Source: Candidatus Eiseniibacteriota bacterium
Lineage (GTDB): Bacteria; Eisenbacteria; RBG-16-71-46; CAZEPH01
Direction: 5' to 3'
Length of the DNA stretch: 29,463 bases
NCBI GenBank assembly: GCA_044229145.1
Contig: JBGATO010000048.1
Span: 1-29,463 of the forward strand
The translations under genes were made by a program, and so were the position numbers. Positions 11,701-24,572 of the stretch are shown here, piece after piece (positions within the stretch are counted from its first letter, which is position 1; each line of letters begins with the position of its first letter). The notes under the pieces were generated by a model. It was not told where the DNA came from, made no database searches, and saw only the letters and a program-made list of their open reading frames with translations.

Positions 11701-14700
11701 GAGCGTGTAGTTGCCGTTCAGGTCTTCGCTGTCGAGCCGGTGATTGTTCTCCGTCCCGTTGATGCGGGAGAAGTCGTACTTCGGCCGGTCGTTGGTGGTG
11801 AAGAAGTAATCGTCGTGGCTGGGGTCGGGATTCTCGGTGCTGATCCCCGGCTCCGCCGCTCCACTCCCCGGCCGCGCCAACGCCTCCGGCACGCTCCACA
11901 GCGTGTCGAGCCCGGTGTCTTCGATCGAGTTGGCGAAGTCGTTGTTGTGGTCGCGGTCTTCGGTCTGCAGGAGACCGTCGGGCGCGACGCCGTGCTGCCA
12001 TTCCGCGTCCTCGCTCACCAATCCGAAGTCGATGTGCAGCTTGAGGCTGTCGAGCCGCCCCAGGACCGCCGGGTCGAGCGGCCCCTTCGGAACATCGAGC
12101 GAATCGGCGACGCGCAAGTAGACGTCGAGGTACTGCCACTGGGAGAAGTCCTCGCCCGTCGTCGAGATCAGCTGCGTCAGACCGGCCCACGCCTTGGTGG
12201 GATCCGGCGAGGTCGCCGTCGTGCCGCCGCGCGGATCGATGCGCCAGTTGAGCACGTTCACCGCACTGGTCTTCTCCGACTGCGAGAGCGAGTCGGCGTA
12301 CACCTCCGCCTGCGTCAGCGCGACCTCTCTGTCGGTCGGCAGGTTGTACCAGCGGAAGGCCGCCTGGCGCTCGGCCGCCTCCTGCCGGCTCAGCGATCTC
12401 GCCTCCACGGCCTCCGGGATGCCGCTCCAGAACCAGCGCGCGAAGTCGGGCAGCACGCTGTTGACCTTGCGCGTGATCTGCATGTCGTCGAGGTACGCCA
12501 AGTTGCGGGTGTTCGGATTCGGCGCGCTGACCCCGACCTCGCTCTCGAGACGGAACTGCGACGGCGTGGCGCCAGCGCGCACCAGCGGGAGCGCGTCCAC
12601 CATGCGGTCGAGGAATCCCGGCTTGAGCTGGAACGACCCCATGAGGTCGCCCACCATGGTGCGCGACGGGGCGTCCTCGAGTTTCGGGTGCTCCAATTTC
12701 GAGACGCCGCCGCGGCCTTCGTACAGCAACGTCGCCGACATCTGGTGCGGCTTCTGTCCGCCGGCGCCCACCCTGCCCAAACCGAACTTCGCCGAGGTTC
12801 CCATGACCGAGTTGGAGGTCTGGGCGAACAGCGGATTGTACGAATACGCGATGGTGTATTTGCCCTCGGGCTTGCGCGCCCGCGCGCTCACCAGTTCGAC
12901 CACACCGGTGGTGTAGTCGATGTTGTAGTCCGACGTGCGTGACAGCACCTGCCCATCGACGTCGATCGTCTCCGAGCCCTCGCGGATGTCGGTGCGTCCG
13001 AGCTCGAGCCTCGTCACCACGCCGATGCCTTCGGCCTGGAAGTAATACTTCGGCGAGTAGTCCTGCGGTCGCGGCGCGGACGACCAGTCCTCGAGGTAGA
13101 TGCGCGGGTCGACGTCGTCACCGAGCGGGTCGATCGGCTTCGGACCGGTTGCGAGGTCCGGGTCGCTGATCCAGAACGGCTCCCACTCGCCGAACGGGAA
13201 GCGCAGATAGCCGTGCTGGGTGTCGAAGTAGCGCGTGTCGACGCGGCCGTCGGGGCGCTGCGTGGGGTTGCCTTGCGCGTCGGTGGTGCCGTCCTCGCGG
13301 TCGAGGCCGAGGAGCTGCACGTACGGCACGCCGCCGAGCGTGTAGGAGTCCTGCCCACCACCATTGACGCGGAAGATGTTCAGGCGGAAGCCGCTCGCCT
13401 CGGGCTTGAAGTCGGTGGTGCCGAGGTCGTACCAGCTGCGGTTTTCGTAAATGCGCAGCCCGGCCCACTCGCCGCTCGCGAGATCCTTCGGATTGCGCGC
13501 GTCCGGGCTCGGCACGCGCAGCGCCTTGAGCCTCAGCGTGTCGCCCACCGGCGTCTCCGCCGCGGTGCGCCCCACCGCCGTGCGCGCGGCGTCGCTCAGC
13601 CGATACGCGACCGCGAGCGTCTGCTCGTCGCGCATCGCCTCATTGAGCACGATCACCGGCAGCCCGACATAGAACGGGTCGATGCGGAAATCGAGTCCCG
13701 GCCGCAGCTCGGTGAAGTAGCTGGTCACCGATGCGGTGTCGGCGTTCACATCATCCGGAAACAGGAAGGCGCGGCCGACGCGTGCGGCCGACGAACTGCG
13801 CGGATTGCCCCGGTAGACCTTGAGGCTCGCCTCGTCCACCGCGAAGTCGCCCTGGGGCGCGCCGTCCCGGGGATTGGTCAGGAAGAAGATGCGGCCATGG
13901 ATGTACTGGTCGACGGTGATCGGGTCGGCTTTGTCACGCTCCGGCGTCTTGGTGATGATGTTGCCCTTCGCCTGCTCCTTGCTGGCGATCGACGTGATCT
14001 CGACGCCTCCCAGCTTGAGCAGCGAACGCACGCCGAACAACCCCTGGTGCTGGCCGCCGTACGACACGTAGTTGGCGCCTTGCAGCGAGAGGTTGGTGTT
14101 GCCGAGGTTGAGTTCCTGGATGACCTCTTCGTTGTAGCCCTTGTAGGTGATGCCGATGCGGTTCTCGATCTCCGACGTGACGTTGCTGCGCTGATCGACA
14201 TCGACCTTGATCTTGTCGCCGATCGAGCCACCCATCTGGACCTGGAGATCCTGGCGCATGTTGAGGGACGGAAACACCGAGCGCCGCGTGAACGAGTTGG
14301 TGGTGAATTTCGAGAAGTCCGACTTGCCGCCGATCGCGATGCGTTCGCTGCCATAGATGTCGAAGTGCGCGCCGGAGCCGAAGATGTTGGTGAGGGCCGG
14401 CGGCAGATCCGCCTCGAAGCGCAAACGGCGGCCGCCCGCGTTGTGTTGATCCACCCACGTGCTTTCGCCGTTCTCGATGTAGCGCAGCGACTTCTCGCGC
14501 CACCGCGAACGAAGCGCATACTGCAGTTGCTCGGCGCCGTACTCGTGGTTCTCGCGAACATAGGGATAGGTGATCGGAATGCCGGCGAAGGACTGACTCT
14601 GACTCATCACCCCGCGCGTCGGATCGAACGTCGTCGCCGGCGTGTAGTTGGGGTTGTCCTTCATCTCGAGCACGCGCAGGGCGGTCACCGAGTCCGGCAC

Positions 14701-15315
14701 CGGCGGTTCGAATAGCCCCGGCTGGTGGTCGTACAGCGGCATGCTGATGCCGAGGAAGGTGCCGCCCTTGAGGTCGGCGATTTTCAACTTCGGGGTGCGG
14801 CGCAGCACCGAGCTCAATCCGAAGTCGGGCACCAGGCTGCTCGACGGCTTCTTGAAGTTCGCGGGGACCGGCGGGCCGTAGACGACGCGTTCGGCAGGCG
14901 AACCGGCGGCGGTCGAATCCGTGGCCGAGGAGTCGGGGGCGGCGACGGAGTCCGCGCGTGCCAGCGACGCCATGGAGTCCGACGACACCGGCGCGGGGGG
15001 CACGTCCGCGGACGATCCCTGCGCCTGCACGAGGGAGCTGTCCGGCGCCCCTCCCGTCACGCTGGTGAGGGTGTCGCTGGGAGTGAGGCTGTCCGGTGGC
15101 GCGAGCACGACGGCGGTGGACTCCGCCGGGAAAGCATCGAGGGGCGTGGACTCCTCCGCCGTGGCCGCCGAATCGGCGGCCAACTCAGCTTCGACCTGCG
15201 CGGACGTCGGTCCGCCGATTTGATTCGCCCGCCGGATCGACGCACAGCCGGCCAGCGCCAGCACGCACCCCGCGACAGCCCACGCCCCGACAAGGCGGAA
15301 TCCAGCGCGGCGCAC
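8704..15315 (-). CDS. sprA: SprA/Sov-like giant outer-membrane beta-barrel protein (type IX secretion translocon family)
   Basis: About 2200 aa. SprA-type motifs QDLQVQMGGSIGDKIKV, ENRIGITYKGYNEEVIQELNLGNTNLSL, GLFGVRSLLKLG, GSETIDVDGQVLSRTSDYNIDYTTGVVEL, AYLDD, SEDLNGN, LYVDEVR; amphipathic beta-strand C-terminus ending LEYIFQ. Start uncertain (GTG 15315, ATG 15372 or GTG 15444); 15315 gives a normal-length lipoprotein signal. Confidence 0.85.
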   Translation of the reverse strand: MRRAGFRLVGAWAVAGCVLALAGCASIRRANQIGGPTSAQVEAELAADSAATAEESTPLDAFPAESTAVVLAPPDSLTPSDTLTSVTGGAPDSSLVQAQGSSADVPPAPVSSDSMASLARADSVAAPDSSATDSTAAGSPAERVVYGPPVPANFKKPSSSLVPDFGLSSVLRRTPKLKIADLKGGTFLGISMPLYDHQPGLFEPPVPDSVTALRVLEMKDNPNYTPATTFDPTRGVMSQSQSFAGIPITYPYVRENHEYGAEQLQYALRSRWREKSLRYIENGESTWVDQHNAGGRRLRFEADLPPALTNIFGSGAHFDIYGSERIAIGGKSDFSKFTTNSFTRRSVFPSLNMRQDLQVQMGGSIGDKIKVDVDQRSNVTSEIENRIGITYKGYNEEVIQELNLGNTNLSLQGANYVSYGGQHQGLFGVRSLLKLGGVEITSIASKEQAKGNIITKTPERDKADPITVDQYIHGRIFFLTNPRDGAPQGDFAVDEASLKVYRGNPRSSSAARVGRAFLFPDDVNADTASVTSYFTELRPGLDFRIDPFYVGLPVIVLNEAMRDEQTLAVAYRLSDAARTAVGRTAAETPVGDTLRLKALRVPSPDARNPKDLASGEWAGLRIYENRSWYDLGTTDFKPEASGFRLNIFRVNGGGQDSYTLGGVPYVQLLGLDREDGTTDAQGNPTQRPDGRVDTRYFDTQHGYLRFPFGEWEPFWISDPDLATGPKPIDPLGDDVDPRIYLEDWSSAPRPQDYSPKYYFQAEGIGVVTRLELGRTDIREGSETIDVDGQVLSRTSDYNIDYTTGVVELVSARARKPEGKYTIAYSYNPLFAQTSNSVMGTSAKFGLGRVGAGGQKPHQMSATLLYEGRGGVSKLEHPKLEDAPSRTMVGDLMGSFQLKPGFLDRMVDALPLVRAGATPSQFRLESEVGVSAPNPNTRNLAYLDDMQITRKVNSVLPDFARWFWSGIPEAVEARSLSRQEAAERQAAFRWYNLPTDREVALTQAEVYADSLSQSEKTSAVNVLNWRIDPRGGTTATSPDPTKAWAGLTQLISTTGEDFSQWQYLDVYLRVADSLDVPKGPLDPAVLGRLDSLKLHIDFGLVSEDAEWQHGVAPDGLLQTEDRDHNNDFANSIEDTGLDTLWSVPEALARPGSGAAEPGISTENPDPSHDDYFFTTNDRPKYDFSRINGTENNHRLDSEDLNGNYTLNTSARYFEFTLNLGGQPARDEAEKYPELKNGFRLFQIPLGEAIARSSDGISRPSWQQVQHCRIWVEGADQPLTLQIVRLDVVGNTWLERPPQDIATSVTVRVASTKGAGSAGYEPPPGTLQRDPTSIDRGVLPENSLVLDFQNVKPRQTASAFRNLATDQNYVQYDSLEMWVRRPDLATFNDSSTFFFRLGADSVNYYEYRTRLGTGTSPGAWRALFIPLEMATRTKLEPEGFLTLPRDYAGRDSVVPYRLLPRAGSDIPDTLLVAGAPSLRRVKRMEIGVINRLDDLPTSGLLYVDEVRIGAVRRERGLARRAVLNGNISDIGSLGLSYSQKDANFLQIGGSEGSGNTDRSLSANTSLNADRFLPAAWGLRLPVTYQWTQNRSTPKFQPGSDTRYSNDLQRRFRATDGNTSTTIGYSKTPSHNGLLRYTLDAFSFNATQTSSYRIQTTGIDSTRGTGGYLKYAVRAGIPRAGGTGQLLLPVLPWGKIVGVAFPRLRTATLRYMPTEIGVDVQASSSHSVTYVRTLASALGDSDVVGDASRTHSKAATITGRVAFQPVDDLRNVALAVSSKRDLTQEIGRALPILGNSGREVLSSKSLSFDYQPGFLRKLGGSMGYTGSSGVNADLGLRQPGDTGDVFAVQNNRQLDFNGRLPMQWLFGRPRQTPKTLRQQAAQDTAKTSTAKGPSLNPVLGLRKLLSSVLTVNEAVTVSHTVQNSSSYDRVGSLPGLGYQLGFSTHADDLTHLSQYRVGSSRSVSDRASLRGTVFGMITVDGRYDLRDDEQVNNGIGLPSRTQTWPDIHGSIPALESKVKVLKKVFSTLSLESSYRKTSKHDYADASRNALQSVQDQTSWQPFVSLQGSFRGGTTMSFRSEHQNSITSYGASSGFDNTDTWAHSLEVRKQFDTQHGFPVPWGGRIKLRSPLNTSFSFTYNTSRQGNSLSPRLTDDTRKWNLLTTADYQVGQDVRTSFNLKVGRVTPRLDGNWRQTVELETSLEYIFQ

Positions 15316-15498
15316 GACAGAACGAGCGATCAGGCGACACTCCACGGCGGGGGTGAATGGCGTTGGCGGCATCTCGTCCCGGGGCCGGACGCGCGCGAAC
15401 ACGACGGCAGCCTTGCGGATGCCGGGGGGACCCCCGCCGTACACCCGACTTCGCCCCCGGTTCCCACTTTTTTCGCGGGTCCGTCCACGAATCGGCAG

Positions 15499-15527
15499 AG
15501 ACTAGTGGGATTCCCGGGAGGCCGCAA
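15499..15527 (-). promoter_or_regulatory. Putative sigma70 promoter for sprA-M28
   Basis: TTGCGG (15527-15522) - 17 nt - TAGTCT (15504-15499) in the divergent intergenic region. Confidence 0.45.
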
Positions 15528-15573
15528 GGCGGTCGCGTAACTCCCGGCGGCGCGCTAGACTGCGCGGCATTCC

Positions 15574-17007
15574 ATGCGACGACTCCTGGCGCACGTGCTC
15601 GGGCTCCACGCCGGCCCTTTCCTGCTCGGCTTTTCGGTCGTGACCTTTCTGCTCACGACCGATTTCCTGCTCGAATACCTCGACCTCCTGATCAACAAGG
15701 GAGTCGGGCCGCTGGTGGTCGGGCAGCTGTTCGTCTACGCGCTCGGCTGGATCATCGCCCTGTCGATTCCATGCGGCGTGCTGGTCGCCGTCCTGATGGC
15801 GTTCGGGCGCATGGCGCAGGACAACGAGATCACCGCGCTGCGGGCCAGCGGCATCAATCCCGCTTCATTGCTGTGGGCGCCACTGCTCCTCGCCGCCGCG
15901 CTCACCGCGGCGTTGTGCTACTTCAACGATCAGATCCTCCCCGTCACGAATCACGCCTACGCGAATCTGATGATGGACATCGCCCGCAAGCGACCTGCCG
16001 TCGAGGTGCGCGAGGGCGTGCTGATGACCGACATCGAGGGGTATGCGCTGCGCGCCGCGCGCGTCGATCCGCGAACCTCGCAGATGTGGGACGTCGTCTT
16101 GGTGCAGCAGGGTGCAGGCGTCTACGGACACCCGACGACGATCACCGCGCGTCGCGGACAACTCGCCTACCGCTACGATGGATCGGTGCTCACGCTCACG
16201 CTCTGGGACGGCGAAATCCATCAAACGCCGAGCGACCGGCCGCGCGGTTACCAGCGCCTGCACTTTGCCCGCGAGACGATCAACGTCCAAGGGATGAGCG
16301 CCGAGTTGACGCGCTCGGATCGCGAGAACCGTGGCGACCGCGAGATGTCGACGCGCCAGATGCGCGAGGAGATCGCGAAGGTGCGCCGGCAGCAGGCCGT
16401 CGCGCGCGCGCGCATGGAGGCGAGCGCCACGGCACTCGGGTTCGCCTCGGTCGAGGCGGCGCTGGCGGCGCGCGCGCCGTCGCCGTGGCAGCAACTCCGA
16501 TTCCGATTTCACGTGCTTCCGCCCGACACCGCGCATGTCACGCGCAACCCCGCTCGCTACCTGGCCACCCACGGCGTGCTGGATCCCGCTCTCGTGCTGC
16601 AGGACTTCCACGTCGCGCGTGTCGAGTACGACAACGAAGACCGGCGCATCGACACGCTCGAAGTCGAGATCCAGAAGAAGTTCGCGATTCCGGTGGCGTG
16701 CGTGATCTTCGTCATGCTCGGCGCTCCGCTGGGGATTCGGGCGCGCCGCGGCGGCATGACCGCGGGCTTCCTCAGCCTCGGATTCTTCGTCGTCTACTAC
16801 CTGTTCCTGATCGGCGGCGAACAGCTCGCCGATCGCCAGCTGCTGCCTCCGGTGGCGGCGATGTGGGCCGCCAACGTGGTCTTCGGGGTCATCGGCCTGG
16901 CGCTGACCCTGAGCCTGTTCGACATCCGCCTGCTGCCCCGCCGCCGGCGCCGCGGCCGGCCGTTGCCGTGGCCGGACGATCTCGTCGTGGAGGGTCCGCG
17001 CGCGTGA
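15574..17007 (+). CDS. lptF: LPS export ABC transporter permease LptF (YjgP/YjgQ family)
   Basis: GPFLLGFSVVTFLL, VLMAFGRMAQDNEITALRASGI, EIQKKFAIPVACVIFVMLGAPLG, AAMWAANVVF; first gene of a tandem LptF/LptG pair. Confidence 0.9.
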   Translation: MRRLLAHVLGLHAGPFLLGFSVVTFLLTTDFLLEYLDLLINKGVGPLVVGQLFVYALGWIIALSIPCGVLVAVLMAFGRMAQDNEITALRASGINPASLLWAPLLLAAALTAALCYFNDQILPVTNHAYANLMMDIARKRPAVEVREGVLMTDIEGYALRAARVDPRTSQMWDVVLVQQGAGVYGHPTTITARRGQLAYRYDGSVLTLTLWDGEIHQTPSDRPRGYQRLHFARETINVQGMSAELTRSDRENRGDREMSTRQMREEIAKVRRQQAVARARMEASATALGFASVEAALAARAPSPWQQLRFRFHVLPPDTAHVTRNPARYLATHGVLDPALVLQDFHVARVEYDNEDRRIDTLEVEIQKKFAIPVACVIFVMLGAPLGIRARRGGMTAGFLSLGFFVVYYLFLIGGEQLADRQLLPPVAAMWAANVVFGVIGLALTLSLFDIRLLPRRRRRGRPLPWPDDLVVEGPRA

Positions 17008-18103
17008 GCTTGCTCGACCGCTACCTGCTGCGCCGCTTCCTGACCGCGCTCCTGCTGTCGCTGCTCGCCTTCGTGGCACTCTTCCAGATCATCAACTTGT
17101 TCGATCGCCTGTCGGTCTTTCTCGACAACCGCGCCTCGCTCGGCACCATCCTCGAGTTTTACGCGTACGACGCCTTCAGCGTCGTGCAACTCGTGCTGCC
17201 GATGGCGATGCTCATGGCGGTGTTGTTGTCGCTCGGGCAAATCGTGCGCAGCAACGAGCTGCTCGCGATCCGTGCCGCGGGGCGCAGCTTGCGTCGCACC
17301 ATGCTGCCTCTGGTGCTGGTGGCGGTGGCGGGCGCGCTTGCCTCATTCACGCTCGGCGAAACGGTCCTGCCGTGGAGCGTCGTGCGCCGCGATCACATCA
17401 TGCGCGCCGACGTGCGCCATCTCGAACCGGAATCTGCCGACGTGCGCGCCAACGTCATCTACCAGGGCGGCGACGGTCGTCTGTGGACGATCCAGACGCT
17501 CGACGGCCGCGACTCGCTCGCCACCTTGGTCACCGTGCAAAAGGTCGAGAACGGCCGCGTGGTGTGGCGCGTCGATGCCGATCAAGCACGGCCGCGGGGA
17601 ACCGGATGGGTCTTCCTGCGCGGCGTCGAGCGGCGGTTCGTCAAGTCTCCCGCCGCCTTGCGCGGATTCAGCTCGGCCGAACAGGCGACGGTGTTCGAGG
17701 AGCGTCCGTATCCGGAGTTCCACGAGAGTCTCGACGATCTCGCGCACGTGGACCGCCAGCCGTCGCAGCTCGGCGCGTTCGGCCTGCGCCAGTACATCGA
17801 TCGCGCGCGTGCCACCGGCGGTCGTGTGCAGCGCTATGTCACCGAATACCACATGCGCCTGGCGTGGCCGTGGGCCAACGTCATCGTCGTGGTGATCGGG
17901 GTCGCGTTGTCGACGCGGCTGCGCAAAGGCGGCGTGATGCTCAGTGCCGGGATCGCCCTCTTGGTGTCGTTCAGCTACTACGGCGCACTCAAGACGGGGC
18001 AGGCATTCGGCTATAACGGCGCACTGTCCCCCGCCGTCGCCGCGTGGATTGCCAACATGCTCTTCGGGTCGATCGCCGCCGTCCTGCTGGCGCGCATGGA
18101 GCG

Positions 18104-18107
<4 letters not shown>
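17004..18107 (+). CDS. lptG: LPS export ABC transporter permease LptG (YjgP/YjgQ family)
   Basis: GTG at 17004 overlaps the lptF stop; [48 protein letters not shown]. It is the C-terminal part of ORF 15357..18107. Confidence 0.9.
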
Positions 18108-21340
<3,233 letters not shown>

Positions 21341-21341
21341 G

Positions 21342-22463
21342 TCAGCGCGCCTCCGCCATCAGCGCGCGAAACCGATCGAACAGATGCACGGCATCGTGCG
21401 GGCCGGGTGCACCTTCCGGGTGATATTGCACGCTGAACGCCGGCACGTCGGTGAGCGCCAACCCTTCACACGTGCCGTCGTAGAGATTGCGGTGCGTCAC
21501 CTGCACGTTGGCGGGCAACGAGTCGGGATCGACGGCGAAGCCATGATTGTGGGCGGTGATACCGACCGCGCGCGTCGCCAGATCCATCACGGGATGATTG
21601 CCGCCGCGATGCCCGAACTTGAGTTTGTACGTGCGGCCGCCGGCAGCCAGGCCGAGCAGTTGGTGCCCGAGGCAGATGCCGAACAGCGGCACGCGGCCAA
21701 GCAATCCACGCACGGTGGCGATTTGCGCCTCGAGCGGCTCCGGATCTCCGGGGCCGTTCGAGAGCACCACGCCCTGCGGCGCGCGCGCCAAGATCTCGGA
21801 CGCGGAGGCCGTCGCCGGCACCACGGTGACGTCGCAGCCGATGTCGACGAGCCGGCGCAGAATGCTCCCCTTCACGCCAAAATCGCACACCACCACGCGC
21901 GGCCGGTTCACCGTCTCACGCCACGCGCCCGCACGCACCCAGGGCAAGCTCTTGCCGGTCCACGCATACGGCGCGTCCGCGGTGACCTGCGGGGCGAGGG
22001 CCGCGCCCGCCATCGCGGGGATCGCGGCCAGCCGCGCAGCGATCGCGGCATCGCCGGCACCGGCCGACACCATCACGCCGCGCATCGCGCCGCGCTCGCG
22101 CAGATGCCGCACCACCGCCCGCGTGTCGAGATCGCACACGCCCGGAATGCCGTGACGTGCGAGCACCGCGTCGAGCGTCTCGCGATGCCGCCAGTTCGAC
22201 GCAACGCGGCTGATTTCCTTCACCACGACACCGGCCAGGAACGGCCGCCGCGCTTCGTCGTCTTCCGGCGCGATGCCGTAGTTGCCGATCTGCGGCGCCG
22301 TGAAGACTACGATCTGCCCGGCATAGGAAGGATCGGTGAGGATTTCCTGATATCCCGACATCGAGGTGTTGAACACCACTTCGCCGCCCGTCTCGACGGA
22401 GGCTCCGAACCGACGGGCCCGGAAGCGACGCCCGTCCTCCAAGACGAGCAGCGCGTCACGCAT
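21342..22463 (-). CDS. carA: Carbamoyl-phosphate synthase small (glutaminase) subunit
   Basis: ATG at 22463 ([11 protein letters not shown]); [41 protein letters not shown]. Confidence 0.98.
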   Translation of the reverse strand: MRDALLVLEDGRRFRARRFGASVETGGEVVFNTSMSGYQEILTDPSYAGQIVVFTAPQIGNYGIAPEDDEARRPFLAGVVVKEISRVASNWRHRETLDAVLARHGIPGVCDLDTRAVVRHLRERGAMRGVMVSAGAGDAAIAARLAAIPAMAGAALAPQVTADAPYAWTGKSLPWVRAGAWRETVNRPRVVVCDFGVKGSILRRLVDIGCDVTVVPATASASEILARAPQGVVLSNGPGDPEPLEAQIATVRGLLGRVPLFGICLGHQLLGLAAGGRTYKLKFGHRGGNHPVMDLATRAVGITAHNHGFAVDPDSLPANVQVTHRNLYDGTCEGLALTDVPAFSVQYHPEGAPGPHDAVHLFDRFRALMAEAR

Positions 22464-23201
22464 CGAGCGTGATGCGTCCATCGCGACTGACGGGAACCAG
22501 CCGCAGGGTATCGACCGCCGCGCAGGCGACGAGGTCGTCGCCCAATCCAATCGATTCGAGATACTGCCCGTGGCTCGAGGTGCGCAACAATCCCAAGACG
22601 TCGCCCGCATGCCGGTCGGCGAGCGCGATCGCCATGTGCGCGGCGTCGCACAGCGAGCGGTCAGGCTGCCGCGCGTGCAGCGCCCGCACCAACACGCCGC
22701 CGCACACCGCGTCCTCGAGCGAGAATCGGCCGGCCTGCCCGCTCAGGATTACCGCCACCGGCTCCTGGCGCGCCGCCAGATACTCCGCCACCGCGCTCAC
22801 GTTGACGAACGCGCACACCACCGCCTCGCGTGCCGCTTCACACTTCGCGAGCACCTTCGAGCCGTTGGTGGTCGAGAGCACGAGCGTCTTCCCCGCCACC
22901 GTCTCCGCCGTGTACTCGCTCGGCGAATTGCCCATGTCGAACCCGCCGACCTTCTTGCCATCGCGCTCGCCGCACAACAGGGCGTGATCGCCGAGCGACG
23001 CGCGCAGATTCTTGGCGGCAACCGGACTCTCGGCGGGAATGACCTTGTCCGCGCCGTGCGCGAACGCGGTGCAGATCGTGGTGCAGGCGCGCAGCACGTC
23101 GATGGTGACGACGATGCGATCGCGGATGCCGGCGTCGGTGGCTTCGCTGGGGACGACGAAGAACTCGACGTCGAAGTGAGAGGCGCCCCCTCGGGATTCG
23201 C

Positions 23202-23205
<4 letters not shown>
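22456..23205 (-). CDS. comB: 2-phosphosulfolactate phosphatase (ComB) family protein
   Basis: C-terminal part of ORF 22456..24423; ATG at 23205 overlaps the accC stop. Motifs [38 protein letters not shown]. Confidence 0.9.
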
Positions 23206-24569
<1,364 letters not shown>

Positions 24570-24572
24570 GGC

